This document shows, piece by piece, positions 9,008-19,085 of a stretch of 64,000 bases of DNA. Within the stretch, counting starts at the first letter, position 1; every line of letters begins with the position of its first letter. The position numbers were made by a program, and so were the translations under genes. Under the pieces are notes generated by a model, which made no database searches, was not told where the DNA came from, and saw nothing but the letters and a program-made list of their open reading frames with translations. The DNA lies in assembly GCA_963511795.1 (NCBI GenBank), contig CAUPKP010000013.1, forward strand, positions 9,279 to 73,278, written 5' to 3'. This DNA comes from an uncultured Flavobacterium sp. (GTDB taxonomy: Bacteria > Bacteroidota > Bacteroidia > Flavobacteriales > Flavobacteriaceae).

Positions 9008-10921
9008 ATGAACAAAGTACAAACCTACTCACTCTTTACAGACTTCGATATTGATTTATTTAAAGCAGGTAAACATTTTAGACTTTACGAAAAATTTGGA
9101 GCACATCTTATAGAAGTTGATGGCGTAAAAGGCGTTTATTTTGCCGTATGGGCGCCATCGGCAAGAACGGTTTCTGTTGTCGGCGATTTTAATTACTGGA
9201 TTCAAGGAGAACATTCATTGCAGGTGCGTTGGGATTCATCCGGTATTTGGGAAGGATTTATTCCTGGAATTGAACAAGGAACTACTTATAAATATAAAAT
9301 ACAATCCAACAACGGTGGAATTATTACCGAAAAAGCAGATCCATTTGCTTTTTATTGCGAAAAACCGCCACATACAGCTTCTGTAATTTGGGATCTTGAC
9401 TACAAGTGGAAAGATAAAAAATGGATGCAGACCCGCAAAGAACATAATGATTTAGACAAACCATATTCGGTTTATGAAGTTCATTTAGGTTCATGGAAAA
9501 GACATGGAGAAGAAAATCGGTTTTTGACCTATCTGGAATATGCCGAAGATTTAGTGAAATATTTAAAAGAAACTGGTTTCACGCATGTAGAATTCATGCC
9601 TATTATGGAATATCCTTACGATCCATCGTGGGGCTATCAGTTAGTTGGCTATTTTGCTCCAACATCTCGTTTTGGAAACCCGCAGGATTTTATGGTATTG
9701 GTAGATAAGCTGCATCAGGCGGGTATTGGAGTTATTCTTGATTGGGTTCCTTCGCATTTTCCGGAAGATGCTCATGGATTAGGATTTTTTGATGGATCCA
9801 ATTTATTTGAACACCCAGACCGTAGAAAAGGATATCATCCTGATTGGAAAAGCTTAGTTTTTAATTATGGACGAAATGAAGTCCGTTCCTTTTTAATCAG
9901 TAATGCACTGTTTTGGTTACACCATTATCATATTGACGGATTGCGTGTAGATGCGGTTGCTTCAATGCTGTATCTGGATTATTCCAGAGAAGAAGGCGAA
10001 TGGGAACCAAATATTTATGGTGGTAGAGAAAACTTGGACACCATCAGCTTTTTGAAAGATTTTAATGAAGCTGTATATGCAAATTATGAAGGAGTGCAGA
10101 CAATCGCTGAAGAAAGCACCTCGTTTCCAATGGTTTCAAGACCTACATTTGCCGGTGGATTAGGTTTTGGAATGAAATGGATGATGGGCTGGATGCATGA
10201 TACATTAGAATATTTTCAGAAAGAAACAGTTTATAGAAAATACCATCAAAACGATTTAACTTTTTCTATGACCTATACTTACACAGAAAATTTTATGTTA
10301 CCGCTGTCTCATGATGAAGTAGTTTATGGCAAAAAATCTATTGCAGGAAGAATGCCTGGAGACGAATGGCAAAAATTTGCTAATCTCCGATTGCTTTATG
10401 GCTACATGTTTACCCATCCTGGAACCAAATTATTATTTATGGGATCCGAGTTTGGTCAAAGCAGTGAATGGGATTTTCAAAACAGCCTGGATTGGCATTT
10501 ATTACAGTACCCTTTTCATAATGGAATAAAAAAGACTATAACCAAGCTCAATAAGTTATACAAAACTGAACCTGCTTTACATGAAAAACAGTTTAGCCCA
10601 GAAGGATTTGAATGGATTAATTATTCAGATCATGAAAATGCGGTGATGTCTTTTATTAGAAAAGGAAATAATCCAAAAGATGATTTAATTATTGTTCTCA
10701 ATTTTACTCAGGTAGTAAGAGAAAATTATCAAATTGGAATTCCAAAATCAGGGAAATTGGTCGAAATATTTAATAGTGATGATACTGATTTTGGCGGAAG
10801 CGGAGTAAAAACAAATAAAAACCTAGCTGTAAATATCAATCCTTATGACGGCAAAGAATATTCTGTTTCACTGACACTTCCCCCTTTAGGAGTAATCGTT
10901 TTTAAAATGGATGATAAATAA
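9008..10921 (+). CDS. glgB: 1,4-alpha-glucan branching enzyme
   Basis: FAVWAP, YEVHLGSW, SWGYQ, LRVDAVASM, AEEST, SHDEVV. Confidence 0.97.
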   Translation: MNKVQTYSLFTDFDIDLFKAGKHFRLYEKFGAHLIEVDGVKGVYFAVWAPSARTVSVVGDFNYWIQGEHSLQVRWDSSGIWEGFIPGIEQGTTYKYKIQSNNGGIITEKADPFAFYCEKPPHTASVIWDLDYKWKDKKWMQTRKEHNDLDKPYSVYEVHLGSWKRHGEENRFLTYLEYAEDLVKYLKETGFTHVEFMPIMEYPYDPSWGYQLVGYFAPTSRFGNPQDFMVLVDKLHQAGIGVILDWVPSHFPEDAHGLGFFDGSNLFEHPDRRKGYHPDWKSLVFNYGRNEVRSFLISNALFWLHHYHIDGLRVDAVASMLYLDYSREEGEWEPNIYGGRENLDTISFLKDFNEAVYANYEGVQTIAEESTSFPMVSRPTFAGGLGFGMKWMMGWMHDTLEYFQKETVYRKYHQNDLTFSMTYTYTENFMLPLSHDEVVYGKKSIAGRMPGDEWQKFANLRLLYGYMFTHPGTKLLFMGSEFGQSSEWDFQNSLDWHLLQYPFHNGIKKTITKLNKLYKTEPALHEKQFSPEGFEWINYSDHENAVMSFIRKGNNPKDDLIIVLNFTQVVRENYQIGIPKSGKLVEIFNSDDTDFGGSGVKTNKNLAVNINPYDGKEYSVSLTLPPLGVIVFKMDDK

Positions 10922-11051
10922 TACTAAATCACATAAAGAGCTGAATACAAAACAGTAATAATATAGTATTGAAAAATTAATGCTGGAATACTTTAATTTT
11001 TGTTTTTCCAATTAAAAAATAAATAAATTAGCAGAAAATAAAAAGACAGAT

Positions 11052-12380
11052 ATGGCAGATTTAGCAAAGGGAAGCAAAAAATTATTAAACGCATGGGCAT
11101 TTTACGATTGGGCAAATTCAGTTTACACACTTACAATTGCATCTGCTGTATTTCCAATATTTTATGATGCTTTGTTTTCAGATAGTAATCATTATATTGA
11201 TGTTTTTGGATTTCATTTAAAAAACTCAGCTTTAATTAGTTTTACTACGGCAGCTGCCTTTTTAGTTATTAGTTTTATGTCTCCTTTGTTATCTGGAATT
11301 GCTGATTATGTTGGAAATAAAAAATCATTTCTGAAATTTTTCTGCTATTTAGGAGCGTTGTCCTGTATGGGATTGTACTGGTTTAATCTCGAAAACATTT
11401 ATATAGGCCTTGCTTTTTATTTTTTCGGATTGATAGGATATTGGGGAAGTTTAGTTTTTTATAATTCGTATCTGCCAGATATTGCTTTTCCAGAGCAGCA
11501 GGATAAAATTAGTGCTAAAGGTTATTCTTTAGGGTATATAGGAAGTGTGATTTTATTGGTCATCAATCTAGCAATGATTATGAAACCAAAACTTTTTGGA
11601 ATTACAGGAACTGATGGTGAAGCGGCAATGAAAGCCATGCGTTATTCATTTATAATGGTAGGAGTTTGGTGGATTTTATTCAGTCAGTATACTTATTATT
11701 ATTTACCAAAGGGAAATAAAAAAACAGGAGAAAAATTAACGAAGTCAGTTGTTTTTAACGGATTCAAAGAGTTGAAAAAGGTTTGGTTATTATTAAATGA
11801 AAACATTCCACTAAGACGTTATTTGGGAGGTTTTTTTGTTTCAAGTATGGGAGTACAGACTGTTATGCTGGTTGCAACTTATTTTGGAGCACAGGAAATT
11901 CAATGGTCATCGAAAGAAGAAAGCACAATAGGATTGATTATCTGCATTTTATTAATACAATTAGTAGCTGTTATTGGAGCTCTTTTAACTTCGAGAGCTT
12001 CCGCAAAATTTGGAAATGTTCCCACCTTAATTTTTATCAATAGTATTTGGGCTGTATTTTGTGGCCTTGCTTTTTTTATAACATTACCTATGCATTTTTA
12101 TATAATGGCAACAGTTGTCGGATTTGTAATGGGAGGAATCCAGTCTTTGTCACGATCCACCTATTCAAAATTATTGCCAGATACTGAAGACACTACTTCA
12201 TTCTTTAGTTTTTATGATGTTGCAGAGAAAATAGGAATCGTAATAGGAATGTGCGTTTATGGTATTATCGATCAAATTACAGGAAGCCCGAGAATGGCGA
12301 TCGTTGTTTTAGCAGTCTTTTTTGTAATTAGCATCTTTTTATTAAGACGTGTTCCAAAAAAAGAAGCTCTATCAAAATAA
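11052..12380 (+). CDS. MFS transporter (UMF1/Atg22-like)
   Basis: AWAFYDWANS N-terminal motif; about 12 hydrophobic segments. Confidence 0.85.
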   Translation: MADLAKGSKKLLNAWAFYDWANSVYTLTIASAVFPIFYDALFSDSNHYIDVFGFHLKNSALISFTTAAAFLVISFMSPLLSGIADYVGNKKSFLKFFCYLGALSCMGLYWFNLENIYIGLAFYFFGLIGYWGSLVFYNSYLPDIAFPEQQDKISAKGYSLGYIGSVILLVINLAMIMKPKLFGITGTDGEAAMKAMRYSFIMVGVWWILFSQYTYYYLPKGNKKTGEKLTKSVVFNGFKELKKVWLLLNENIPLRRYLGGFFVSSMGVQTVMLVATYFGAQEIQWSSKEESTIGLIICILLIQLVAVIGALLTSRASAKFGNVPTLIFINSIWAVFCGLAFFITLPMHFYIMATVVGFVMGGIQSLSRSTYSKLLPDTEDTTSFFSFYDVAEKIGIVIGMCVYGIIDQITGSPRMAIVVLAVFFVISIFLLRRVPKKEALSK

Positions 12381-12708
12381 ACTTTGCTAAAATTGTATCT
12401 TCTAAAGAAACTTTTAGGATTACAAAATTTAAATTCACAAAAACTCATATCCTAACTAACCTTGCAATATCTAATTGCAGAGTTAATTTAGGTATTGATT
12501 TTTGTAGTTATATTAATGCTTTTTTTAACTACAATTCATCTTGAAAAGATTCAAAAACAGCATTTTTATCCGTTTTTGACAGATAATTGACTTTTTAAAC
12601 ATAAAAAAATGAATAAATAAGTCATTGTTATTCAGTAGTTTATTGAATATTTTAATAAAATCAACAACTGTGTCCGTTTTTTTTTACAATAATTAAATTA
12701 CAGTCAAT

Positions 12709-12716
12709 TATATTTG
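12709..12716 (+). promoter_or_regulatory. Bacteroidota -7 promoter element
   Basis: TATATTTG in the long intergenic region upstream of the beta-barrel gene. Confidence 0.5.
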
Positions 12717-12940
12717 CACAAAAATAGCTTTAAAATGTTGGAAATAATTACGGAAATTTGAGGAAATAATTACGGTAATTTAGTTAAATATATCTTTCAC
12801 TTCTGCTTTTAAGTTGTGAACTTAATCAAATTATAATAACTATTTTCTTATGATTTTCAGATTAATTTAATGCTTATTTTATTAGAAATGTTTTTGTAAT
12901 AAACCCATTAATCTACTATTTATAAAAAAATAACTAAACT

Positions 12941-13576
12941 ATGAAAAAAATCGTTTTTGCATTTCTGCTAATGACCGCTATGTCCCAAGGACAATCCTTT
13001 AGATACGATAGACTATTCCTTGAAAGCGGAATTGGAGTAGGAATCCCATTATCTCAAGTTTCTCCCTCAGGAACAAGTAATGGAAGTATTTCTAAAAGAC
13101 ATTTTCAAGGAGCCTTACGCTATATGTTCAACGAAAATGTTGGATTATCAGGAAGCTTAAATTATGATCATTTTATAAATAATTTAAATCAAAGAAACGA
13201 ACAAAAACTAGCGGGTCTAGAATTAGTCTATAATATTGGTAAAACTCTTGAATTGTATGGTAATTCAGATAATTTTACATTATTAATGCACGGAGGTGTA
13301 CAAGCAGGCATAATGTCAGGTACATATAATGGTCGAGATTATATTGGAGCTGTAGTATTTGGTATTAAACCCGTATGGGCATTTAATGATAAGGTTTCAT
13401 TTTTTGCTGATTTAACATACAAAAATATTCTTAAACAAGATATTTATTATAATGGACAAAATACAACTTATCCTAATCCAGGCTCATTTTCCAGCGGTCA
13501 AATTGGTTTAACTTTTGGAATTATTGCTTCTTTAGGACAGAACCGTACGAATGCGGATTTTTTCCATATCAGATAA
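12941..13576 (+). CDS. Secreted outer-membrane beta-barrel protein (OmpA-type barrel without the periplasmic OmpA domain)
   Basis: Signal peptide MKKIVFAFLLMTAMSQG; alternating amphipathic strands (ALRYMFNENVGL, LVYNIG, VSFFADL, LTFGII). Confidence 0.65.
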   Translation: MKKIVFAFLLMTAMSQGQSFRYDRLFLESGIGVGIPLSQVSPSGTSNGSISKRHFQGALRYMFNENVGLSGSLNYDHFINNLNQRNEQKLAGLELVYNIGKTLELYGNSDNFTLLMHGGVQAGIMSGTYNGRDYIGAVVFGIKPVWAFNDKVSFFADLTYKNILKQDIYYNGQNTTYPNPGSFSSGQIGLTFGIIASLGQNRTNADFFHIR

Positions 13577-13622
13577 TAACAAAGAACATATATTGATAGA
13601 ATTATTAATTATTCTAAGACAC

Positions 13623-13657
13623 AAAGAGGCTATACTAATATTAGATAGCCTCTTTTT
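13623..13657 (+). terminator. Intrinsic terminator
   Basis: AAAGAGGCTAT-N11-ATAGCCTCTTTTT. Confidence 0.85.
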
Positions 13658-13865
13658 ATATTTTGCAATGCGATTTTCTATGTACTCTCGTTTTAAAAGC
13701 GCGAACAAAAATTTAAGAATTCACTTAATGAAATTACATATATTGTCTTTCGTAGTTTTAAATACATATGATATACAGTTAAAATAACATCTTTGCTGAA
13801 AAGTGATTTGAGGTGGTTTTATGAAAATAAAATATTCTCGATATTCTTAAAGTTGATGTGTACGT

Positions 13866-13912
13866 CTGAGTGATGGAAGCAAGTTACCGAAGTAACGCGT
13901 ACAGCACGACAG
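13866..13912 (+). repeat. Structured repeat copy A (Flavo-1-like, short form)
   Basis: GAGTGATGGAAG-CAA-GTTAC-CGAA-GTAAC-GCGTACAGCACGAC; ends shared with the 21796 copy. Confidence 0.6.
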
Positions 13913-13914
13913 TA

Positions 13915-13965
13915 TTAGAGAAAGGGGGCGACTAAGCGATGGTATGAGTTGCCCTCTTTTTCTAA
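13915..13965. other. 19-bp G:U-containing hairpin upstream of menB
   Basis: TTAGAGAAAGGGGGCGACT ... AGTTGCCCTCTTTTTCTAA, fully paired if three G:U pairs are allowed. Confidence 0.6.
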
Positions 13966-14120
13966 TGGTGGCACGCTCAATGTCTTTTTGATGTAAGAAA
14001 CTATGCGAGAAGTCTTGGTTTCTATTTATTGGTTAATATGTGCTGTTTAATTCTTTTTAAACTTTAGAAATGTAAAAAAATGGTTTATTTTTACACTAAA
14101 ATAACTTTAATACTCATAGA

Positions 14121-14951
14121 ATGGATTGGATAACTGCCAAAGAATTTGAAGATATAACTTATAAAAAATGCAATGGTGTTGCCAGAATTGCATTTAACAG
14201 ACCTAATGTACGCAACGCTTTTAGACCAAAAACAACGTCCGAATTATATCAGGCATTTTATGATGCTCAAGAAGATACTTCTATCGGGGTAGTTTTACTT
14301 TCTGCGGAAGGTCCTTCTTCTAAGGATGGTGTATATTCATTTTGCAGCGGAGGAGATCAAAATGCCCGGGGACATCAAGGCTATGTAGGGGAGGATGGAC
14401 AGCATCGGTTGAATATTCTTGAAGTGCAGCGTTTAATTCGTTTTATGCCTAAAGTAGTAATTGCAGTAGTTCCTGGTTGGGCTGTTGGCGGCGGACACAG
14501 TTTACACGTAGTTTGTGATATGACTTTGGCGAGTAAAGAACATGCTATTTTTAAACAAACGGATGCTGATGTAACTAGCTTTGACGGTGGATATGGCTCT
14601 GCTTATCTAGCGAAAATGGTTGGTCAGAAAAAAGCGCGTGAAATTTTCTTTTTAGGTCGAAATTATTCTGCTCAAGAAGCTTTTGAGATGGGTATGGTAA
14701 ATGCGGTTATTCCGCATGATGAGTTAGAAGATACTGCCTATCAATGGGCTCAGGAAGTTTTGGGTAAATCTCCTATGGCGATCAAAATGCTCAAATTTGC
14801 TATGAACCTTACTGATGATGGTATGGTAGGACAGCAAGTATTTGCTGGAGAAGCAACAAGGTTAGCTTATATGACAGAAGAGGCTAAAGAAGGCAGAAAT
14901 GCTTTTCTTGAAAAGCGCAAGCCAAATTTTGAGAAAAAATGGCTGCCATAA
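14121..14951 (+). CDS. menB: 1,4-dihydroxy-2-naphthoyl-CoA synthase
   Basis: RPNVRNAF, FCSGGDQ, VGGGHSLH, SFDGGYGS, EEAKEGRNAF.EKR.P. Confidence 0.97.
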   Translation: MDWITAKEFEDITYKKCNGVARIAFNRPNVRNAFRPKTTSELYQAFYDAQEDTSIGVVLLSAEGPSSKDGVYSFCSGGDQNARGHQGYVGEDGQHRLNILEVQRLIRFMPKVVIAVVPGWAVGGGHSLHVVCDMTLASKEHAIFKQTDADVTSFDGGYGSAYLAKMVGQKKAREIFFLGRNYSAQEAFEMGMVNAVIPHDELEDTAYQWAQEVLGKSPMAIKMLKFAMNLTDDGMVGQQVFAGEATRLAYMTEEAKEGRNAFLEKRKPNFEKKWLP

Positions 14952-15037
14952 AAAGGCTACGGATTTAATAGTCTAAATTGTATAAAAGTTTAAGGTTTTA
15001 AGTTTTATAACTTATTGCTGGAAACAAAAAATATTAA

Positions 15038-15553
15038 ATGGAAAATTTTATAAACGAAACTATCGATACTACACAGCTTCCAAAATTCGAAGAAGTACAA
15101 TTTTCTTTATTGCATCCTAATTATTGGAAGGTAATTTTGATAGGGCTGACTCTATTTTTTTTATTGATAGATATAGGAGCAGTTCTGGTTTTACAATTTA
15201 ATGAAGAACTTTCTCCATTTGTCATTGAACTAATTATTGTCTATGTAGTTTTGCTGTTATTGGTATTACTTGTGTCAAGAATAAGTTTTAGAAAAAAAGG
15301 ATTTGCATTTCGTACTCACGATGTGCTTTACAGACACGGAATCATCGCTACTAATACACTTATAATTCCTTATAATAGAGTACAGCATGTCGCTTTACAT
15401 GAAGGATTACTGTCTAGGTATTTTGGTTTGGCCAAAATTGAGATTTTTACCGCTGGAGGGAGTTCAAGTGATATTCAGATTCCTGGAATAGCCAAAGAGC
15501 AAGCCGAAAATATCAAACAGTTATTGATGGGTAAAATTCAAAAGCAATTATAA
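15038..15553 (+). CDS. bPH_2 (PH-domain) membrane protein, YdbS-like
   Basis: 2 TM helices then G.I....IIPYNRVQHV...GLL.R.FGLA.I.I.TAGG. Confidence 0.8.
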   Translation: MENFINETIDTTQLPKFEEVQFSLLHPNYWKVILIGLTLFFLLIDIGAVLVLQFNEELSPFVIELIIVYVVLLLLVLLVSRISFRKKGFAFRTHDVLYRHGIIATNTLIIPYNRVQHVALHEGLLSRYFGLAKIEIFTAGGSSSDIQIPGIAKEQAENIKQLLMGKIQKQL

Positions 15554-17082
15554 TGGGAGCCGATTTTAATCAGCCTCAGCGACAATCTATTGTTGGAATT
15601 TTTGTAATGTTTGTGTATTCACTGCAAAGATATGCTAAAGCTTTATGGCCTTTATTGGTCATATGTATTCTGAAATTTAATGAATTTGATAAATTTAATG
15701 TGTTAATAGGAATATTGGTTGTTTTTGCTTTTTTTGCTATTATGGGAATTGTTTCTTATTTAAAACACTTGAATTTTACGTTTTATATCGATTCCGAAAA
15801 TGATGAGTTTATCATAACAGAAGGAATTTTTAATAAAACTAAAACCGCGATACAGCTTTATAAAATTCAGCAGGTAAATATTAATCAGTCGTTAATACAA
15901 AGATTGGTAGGTGTTTATGAATTAGCTGTAGACACTGCAGGTTCCAATAAAAAAGAAGGAAATATCAAAGCCATTTCTCATGAACTGGCATTGGATTTAA
16001 AAGCTCGTTTATTGGAAAATGAAAGTAAAAAGTCTTTAAATACTGAGGAAACAGTTCTTTCCTTGGAAGAAAATTTAATAGAAAAAGTTATTGAATCGGA
16101 AGTTCCATTTATAAAGATTAGTTTTTTGAGTTTATTGAAAATCGGTATTACTTCTAACTATGTGAAAAGCTTTTTCGTCCTGTTAGCTTTTTTTATCTCA
16201 CTTTTTGACCATATCAAGCAAATTACTGGCAGAGACGTTTTGCACGATGAAAACATCGAAAATTATGTCGATAAAAGTCAAGTTACATCTGCTTTTTTGA
16301 TTTTATTTATTGCCTTTTTTTTGACGGTAATCATTATTAATTTAGTCCGAACTATATTTACTTATTTCGATTATAAAATCGCCAGACAAAAAGGTTCACT
16401 GTTGCTTTCTTATGGTTTGCTAAATACAAAAAGCGCTATCATAAAGCCTAAGAAGGTTCAGATTACCAGTATTACCCAAAATTTCTTCCAAATGAAGATG
16501 AATGTTTTAAATATCAAAATAAAACAGGCGACAGGCGGAGATGATGAAGGGAAAAAACAGCTTATTGAAATTCCAGGCTGTAATCAAACGGAAAAAGAAG
16601 CGATTCTTAAATTGCTTTTTCAGAAAATCCCTGAAAAAGGAGTTATGCTAAAACCAAATTTCAGAAAACTCGGTTTTTCTATTTTTCTTACAATTGGACT
16701 TCCGTTACTAGGATTTTATTTTGTCAGAGATTTGATTATTGAGCAACTGCCTACGATTGATTATTTAGTATTGTTATTTGTTGTTTTTATAAGTACAGTT
16801 CAGTTTTTTATATTCAAAAATAATCGGCTGTACATAAATCATGACTTTATAATTGTACAAGATGGTGCTTGGGATATAACAAATAAAATTATCCTGCCCA
16901 GTAAAATTCAGGCCATTACAACTTCACAGCTTTTTTGGCACAAAAATATCAATATTGGTTCCTTAACTTTGCATACCGCTGGAGGTAATATTAGTTTTCA
17001 ATTAGGTAATTTTACAACCATAAAACAATATGTCAATCTTTGGTTGTACGAAATGGAAACCTCCGACAGTAATTGGATGTGA
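15553..17082 (+). CDS. Multi-bPH_2 membrane protein, YdbT-like
   Basis: Three repeats of TM plus IQ.VNI.Q...R..G...L...TAG; overlaps the stop of the previous gene. Confidence 0.8.
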   Translation: MGADFNQPQRQSIVGIFVMFVYSLQRYAKALWPLLVICILKFNEFDKFNVLIGILVVFAFFAIMGIVSYLKHLNFTFYIDSENDEFIITEGIFNKTKTAIQLYKIQQVNINQSLIQRLVGVYELAVDTAGSNKKEGNIKAISHELALDLKARLLENESKKSLNTEETVLSLEENLIEKVIESEVPFIKISFLSLLKIGITSNYVKSFFVLLAFFISLFDHIKQITGRDVLHDENIENYVDKSQVTSAFLILFIAFFLTVIIINLVRTIFTYFDYKIARQKGSLLLSYGLLNTKSAIIKPKKVQITSITQNFFQMKMNVLNIKIKQATGGDDEGKKQLIEIPGCNQTEKEAILKLLFQKIPEKGVMLKPNFRKLGFSIFLTIGLPLLGFYFVRDLIIEQLPTIDYLVLLFVVFISTVQFFIFKNNRLYINHDFIIVQDGAWDITNKIILPSKIQAITTSQLFWHKNINIGSLTLHTAGGNISFQLGNFTTIKQYVNLWLYEMETSDSNWM

Positions 17083-17193
17083 TAAAAAGAGGTAAAAAAA
17101 ATAGAACTTAGAAAATAGAGATTAGAGTTGGCAGTTTAAACTATTAAACAATTTTAAACTGTTTCAAAATCCTTAAACAATCAAACAACAAAA

Positions 17194-18156
17194 ATGAAAC
17201 ACTGGATTGAAGCAGCAAGATTAAGAACATTACCGTTATCAGTTTCTGGAATAATTGTCGGAAGTATGTATGCACTGGCAAACCCTACTGAAAATGAACT
17301 CACACCATCAGAGAATTTTAGTTGGCAAATATTTGCTTTTGCATTATTAACAACTTTAGGATTGCAGGTGCTTTCTAATTTTGCTAATGATTACGGAGAC
17401 GGTGTAAAAGGTACCGACAATGAAGACAGAGTAGGGCCTAAGCGTGCCATTCAAAGCGGTGTGATTACACCGCAAGCCATGAAAAAAGCTTTGGTTATTA
17501 CATCAGTGCTTACATTGTTTTCGGCAGTATTCCTGATTTATGTAGCTTTTGGAGAGAGTAATCTTGTTTATTCTTTATTTTATTTAGGGTTAGGGATTTT
17601 AGCTATTGCTTCTGCAATTCGTTATACTGTTGGGAGTTCGGCTTACGGATATCGTGGATATGGCGATATTTTTGTATTTGTGTTTTTTGGATTGGTAAGT
17701 ACTTTGGGGGTTAATTTTCTGTATTCAAAACAATTGGATTTGGTACTTATTTTACCAGCTGTAGCAATTGGTTTATTGAGTGTAGGTGTTCTGAATTTGA
17801 ATAATATGCGTGACCAAGCTTCGGATGCTAAATCAGGAAAGAATACCGTTGTAGTGAAAATAGGTGCCGAAGCAGCAAAAAAATACCATTTCTTCTTAAT
17901 TATTGGTGCTATGGTTTCGGTTTTATTTTTTGCAGTATTAAGTGGTTTTAAGTTCGATCAATATTTATTTTTATTGGCATACATTCCGCTAACGAAGCAT
18001 TTAATTACAGTTTCCAAAAATCAAAACCCAAAATTACTTGATCCCGAGTTAAAGAAAGTGGCATTAAGCACCTTTTTGTTATCCATATTATTGTCATTAT
18101 GTATGATTTCATTGATTTCTGATCTTATTGTGAATATTTTCTTAGGAGGAAGATAG
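17194..18156 (+). CDS. menA: 1,4-dihydroxy-2-naphthoate prenyltransferase
   Basis: ARLRTLP, NFANDYGD..KGTD, NNMRD..SD..SGKNT; UbiA family. Confidence 0.95.
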   Translation: MKHWIEAARLRTLPLSVSGIIVGSMYALANPTENELTPSENFSWQIFAFALLTTLGLQVLSNFANDYGDGVKGTDNEDRVGPKRAIQSGVITPQAMKKALVITSVLTLFSAVFLIYVAFGESNLVYSLFYLGLGILAIASAIRYTVGSSAYGYRGYGDIFVFVFFGLVSTLGVNFLYSKQLDLVLILPAVAIGLLSVGVLNLNNMRDQASDAKSGKNTVVVKIGAEAAKKYHFFLIIGAMVSVLFFAVLSGFKFDQYLFLLAYIPLTKHLITVSKNQNPKLLDPELKKVALSTFLLSILLSLCMISLISDLIVNIFLGGR

Positions 18157-18272
18157 AGAGTAACATCAATAGCAATTTCAAAATTCAATGGCGATGTCAA
18201 AAGTCAATCGAAATAGTTTCTTTTAATTTTTTTAGATATTTTAGCTTTTTTTCAATTTAAAACATAACTAAA

Positions 18273-18950
18273 ATGAAAATAACATTCTACGGTCACGCCT
18301 CTTTGGGAATTGAAGTGAGTGGTAAACACATTCTTGTAGATCCTTATATTTCGGCCAATACTAAAGCCACGCATATTGATATCAATACTCTGAAAGCGGA
18401 TTTTATTCTGTTGACGCATGCTCACGGCGATCATATATTTGATGTTGAAGCTATTGCTAAACGAACCAATGCAGTGATTGTTTCCAATGCTGAAATTGCG
18501 GGTTATTACGCTGAAAAAGGGTTTCAATCGCATCCCATGAATCACGGCGGAAGCTGGAATTTCGATTTCGGAAAAGTCAAATATGTAAACGCGATTCACT
18601 CCAGTTCTTTTCCTGACGGAAGCAATGGCGGTAATCCAGGCGGTTTTGTAATCGAAGGCGAGCACAAGAACATCTACATCGCTGGAGACACTGCTCTTAC
18701 GATGGATATGAAATTGATTCCGATGCGAACTAAACTTGATTTAGCAATTTTCCCTATTGGTGACAATTTCACTATGGATGTTGATGATGCTATAATTGCT
18801 TCCGATTTTGTGGACTGCGATAAAATTCTGGGCATTCATTACGATACATTTGGCTATATTGAAATCAACCACGAAGAAGCTATCAAAAAATTTTTCGATA
18901 AAGGAAAAGATCTGATGCTGCTTGAAATTGGCGGTTTCATAGAATTATAA
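18273..18950 (+). CDS. Metal-dependent hydrolase (metallo-beta-lactamase fold, UPF0173-like)
   Basis: THAHGDH, AIHSS, IAGDT, GIHYDTF. Confidence 0.9.
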   Translation: MKITFYGHASLGIEVSGKHILVDPYISANTKATHIDINTLKADFILLTHAHGDHIFDVEAIAKRTNAVIVSNAEIAGYYAEKGFQSHPMNHGGSWNFDFGKVKYVNAIHSSSFPDGSNGGNPGGFVIEGEHKNIYIAGDTALTMDMKLIPMRTKLDLAIFPIGDNFTMDVDDAIIASDFVDCDKILGIHYDTFGYIEINHEEAIKKFFDKGKDLMLLEIGGFIEL

Positions 18951-18952
18951 TT

Positions 18953-19030
18953 AGGAGCTATTTCCTGCTATCCGTTTCAATCTTGCTGGCCGAACACCGG
19001 CCAACAAGGATTTTCACTTCTATCAGGGCT
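18953..19030 (-). repeat. Structured repeat copy B (Flavo-1-like)
   Basis: Reverse complement AGCCCTGATAGAAGTGAAAATC-CTTGTTGGCCG-GTGTT-CGGCCAGCAAG-ATTGAAACGGATAGCAGGAAATAGCTCCT. Confidence 0.7.
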
Positions 19031-19085
19031 AGGGCATTCGGGATTTCAAGATCATTTGTTTCAAACCAGACCAATTTTTTTAATA

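Noticed and set aside
13551-13787. 78 aa ORF after the beta-barrel gene
   Set aside because: Runs through the terminator hairpin in AT-rich intergenic DNA; no recognisable features
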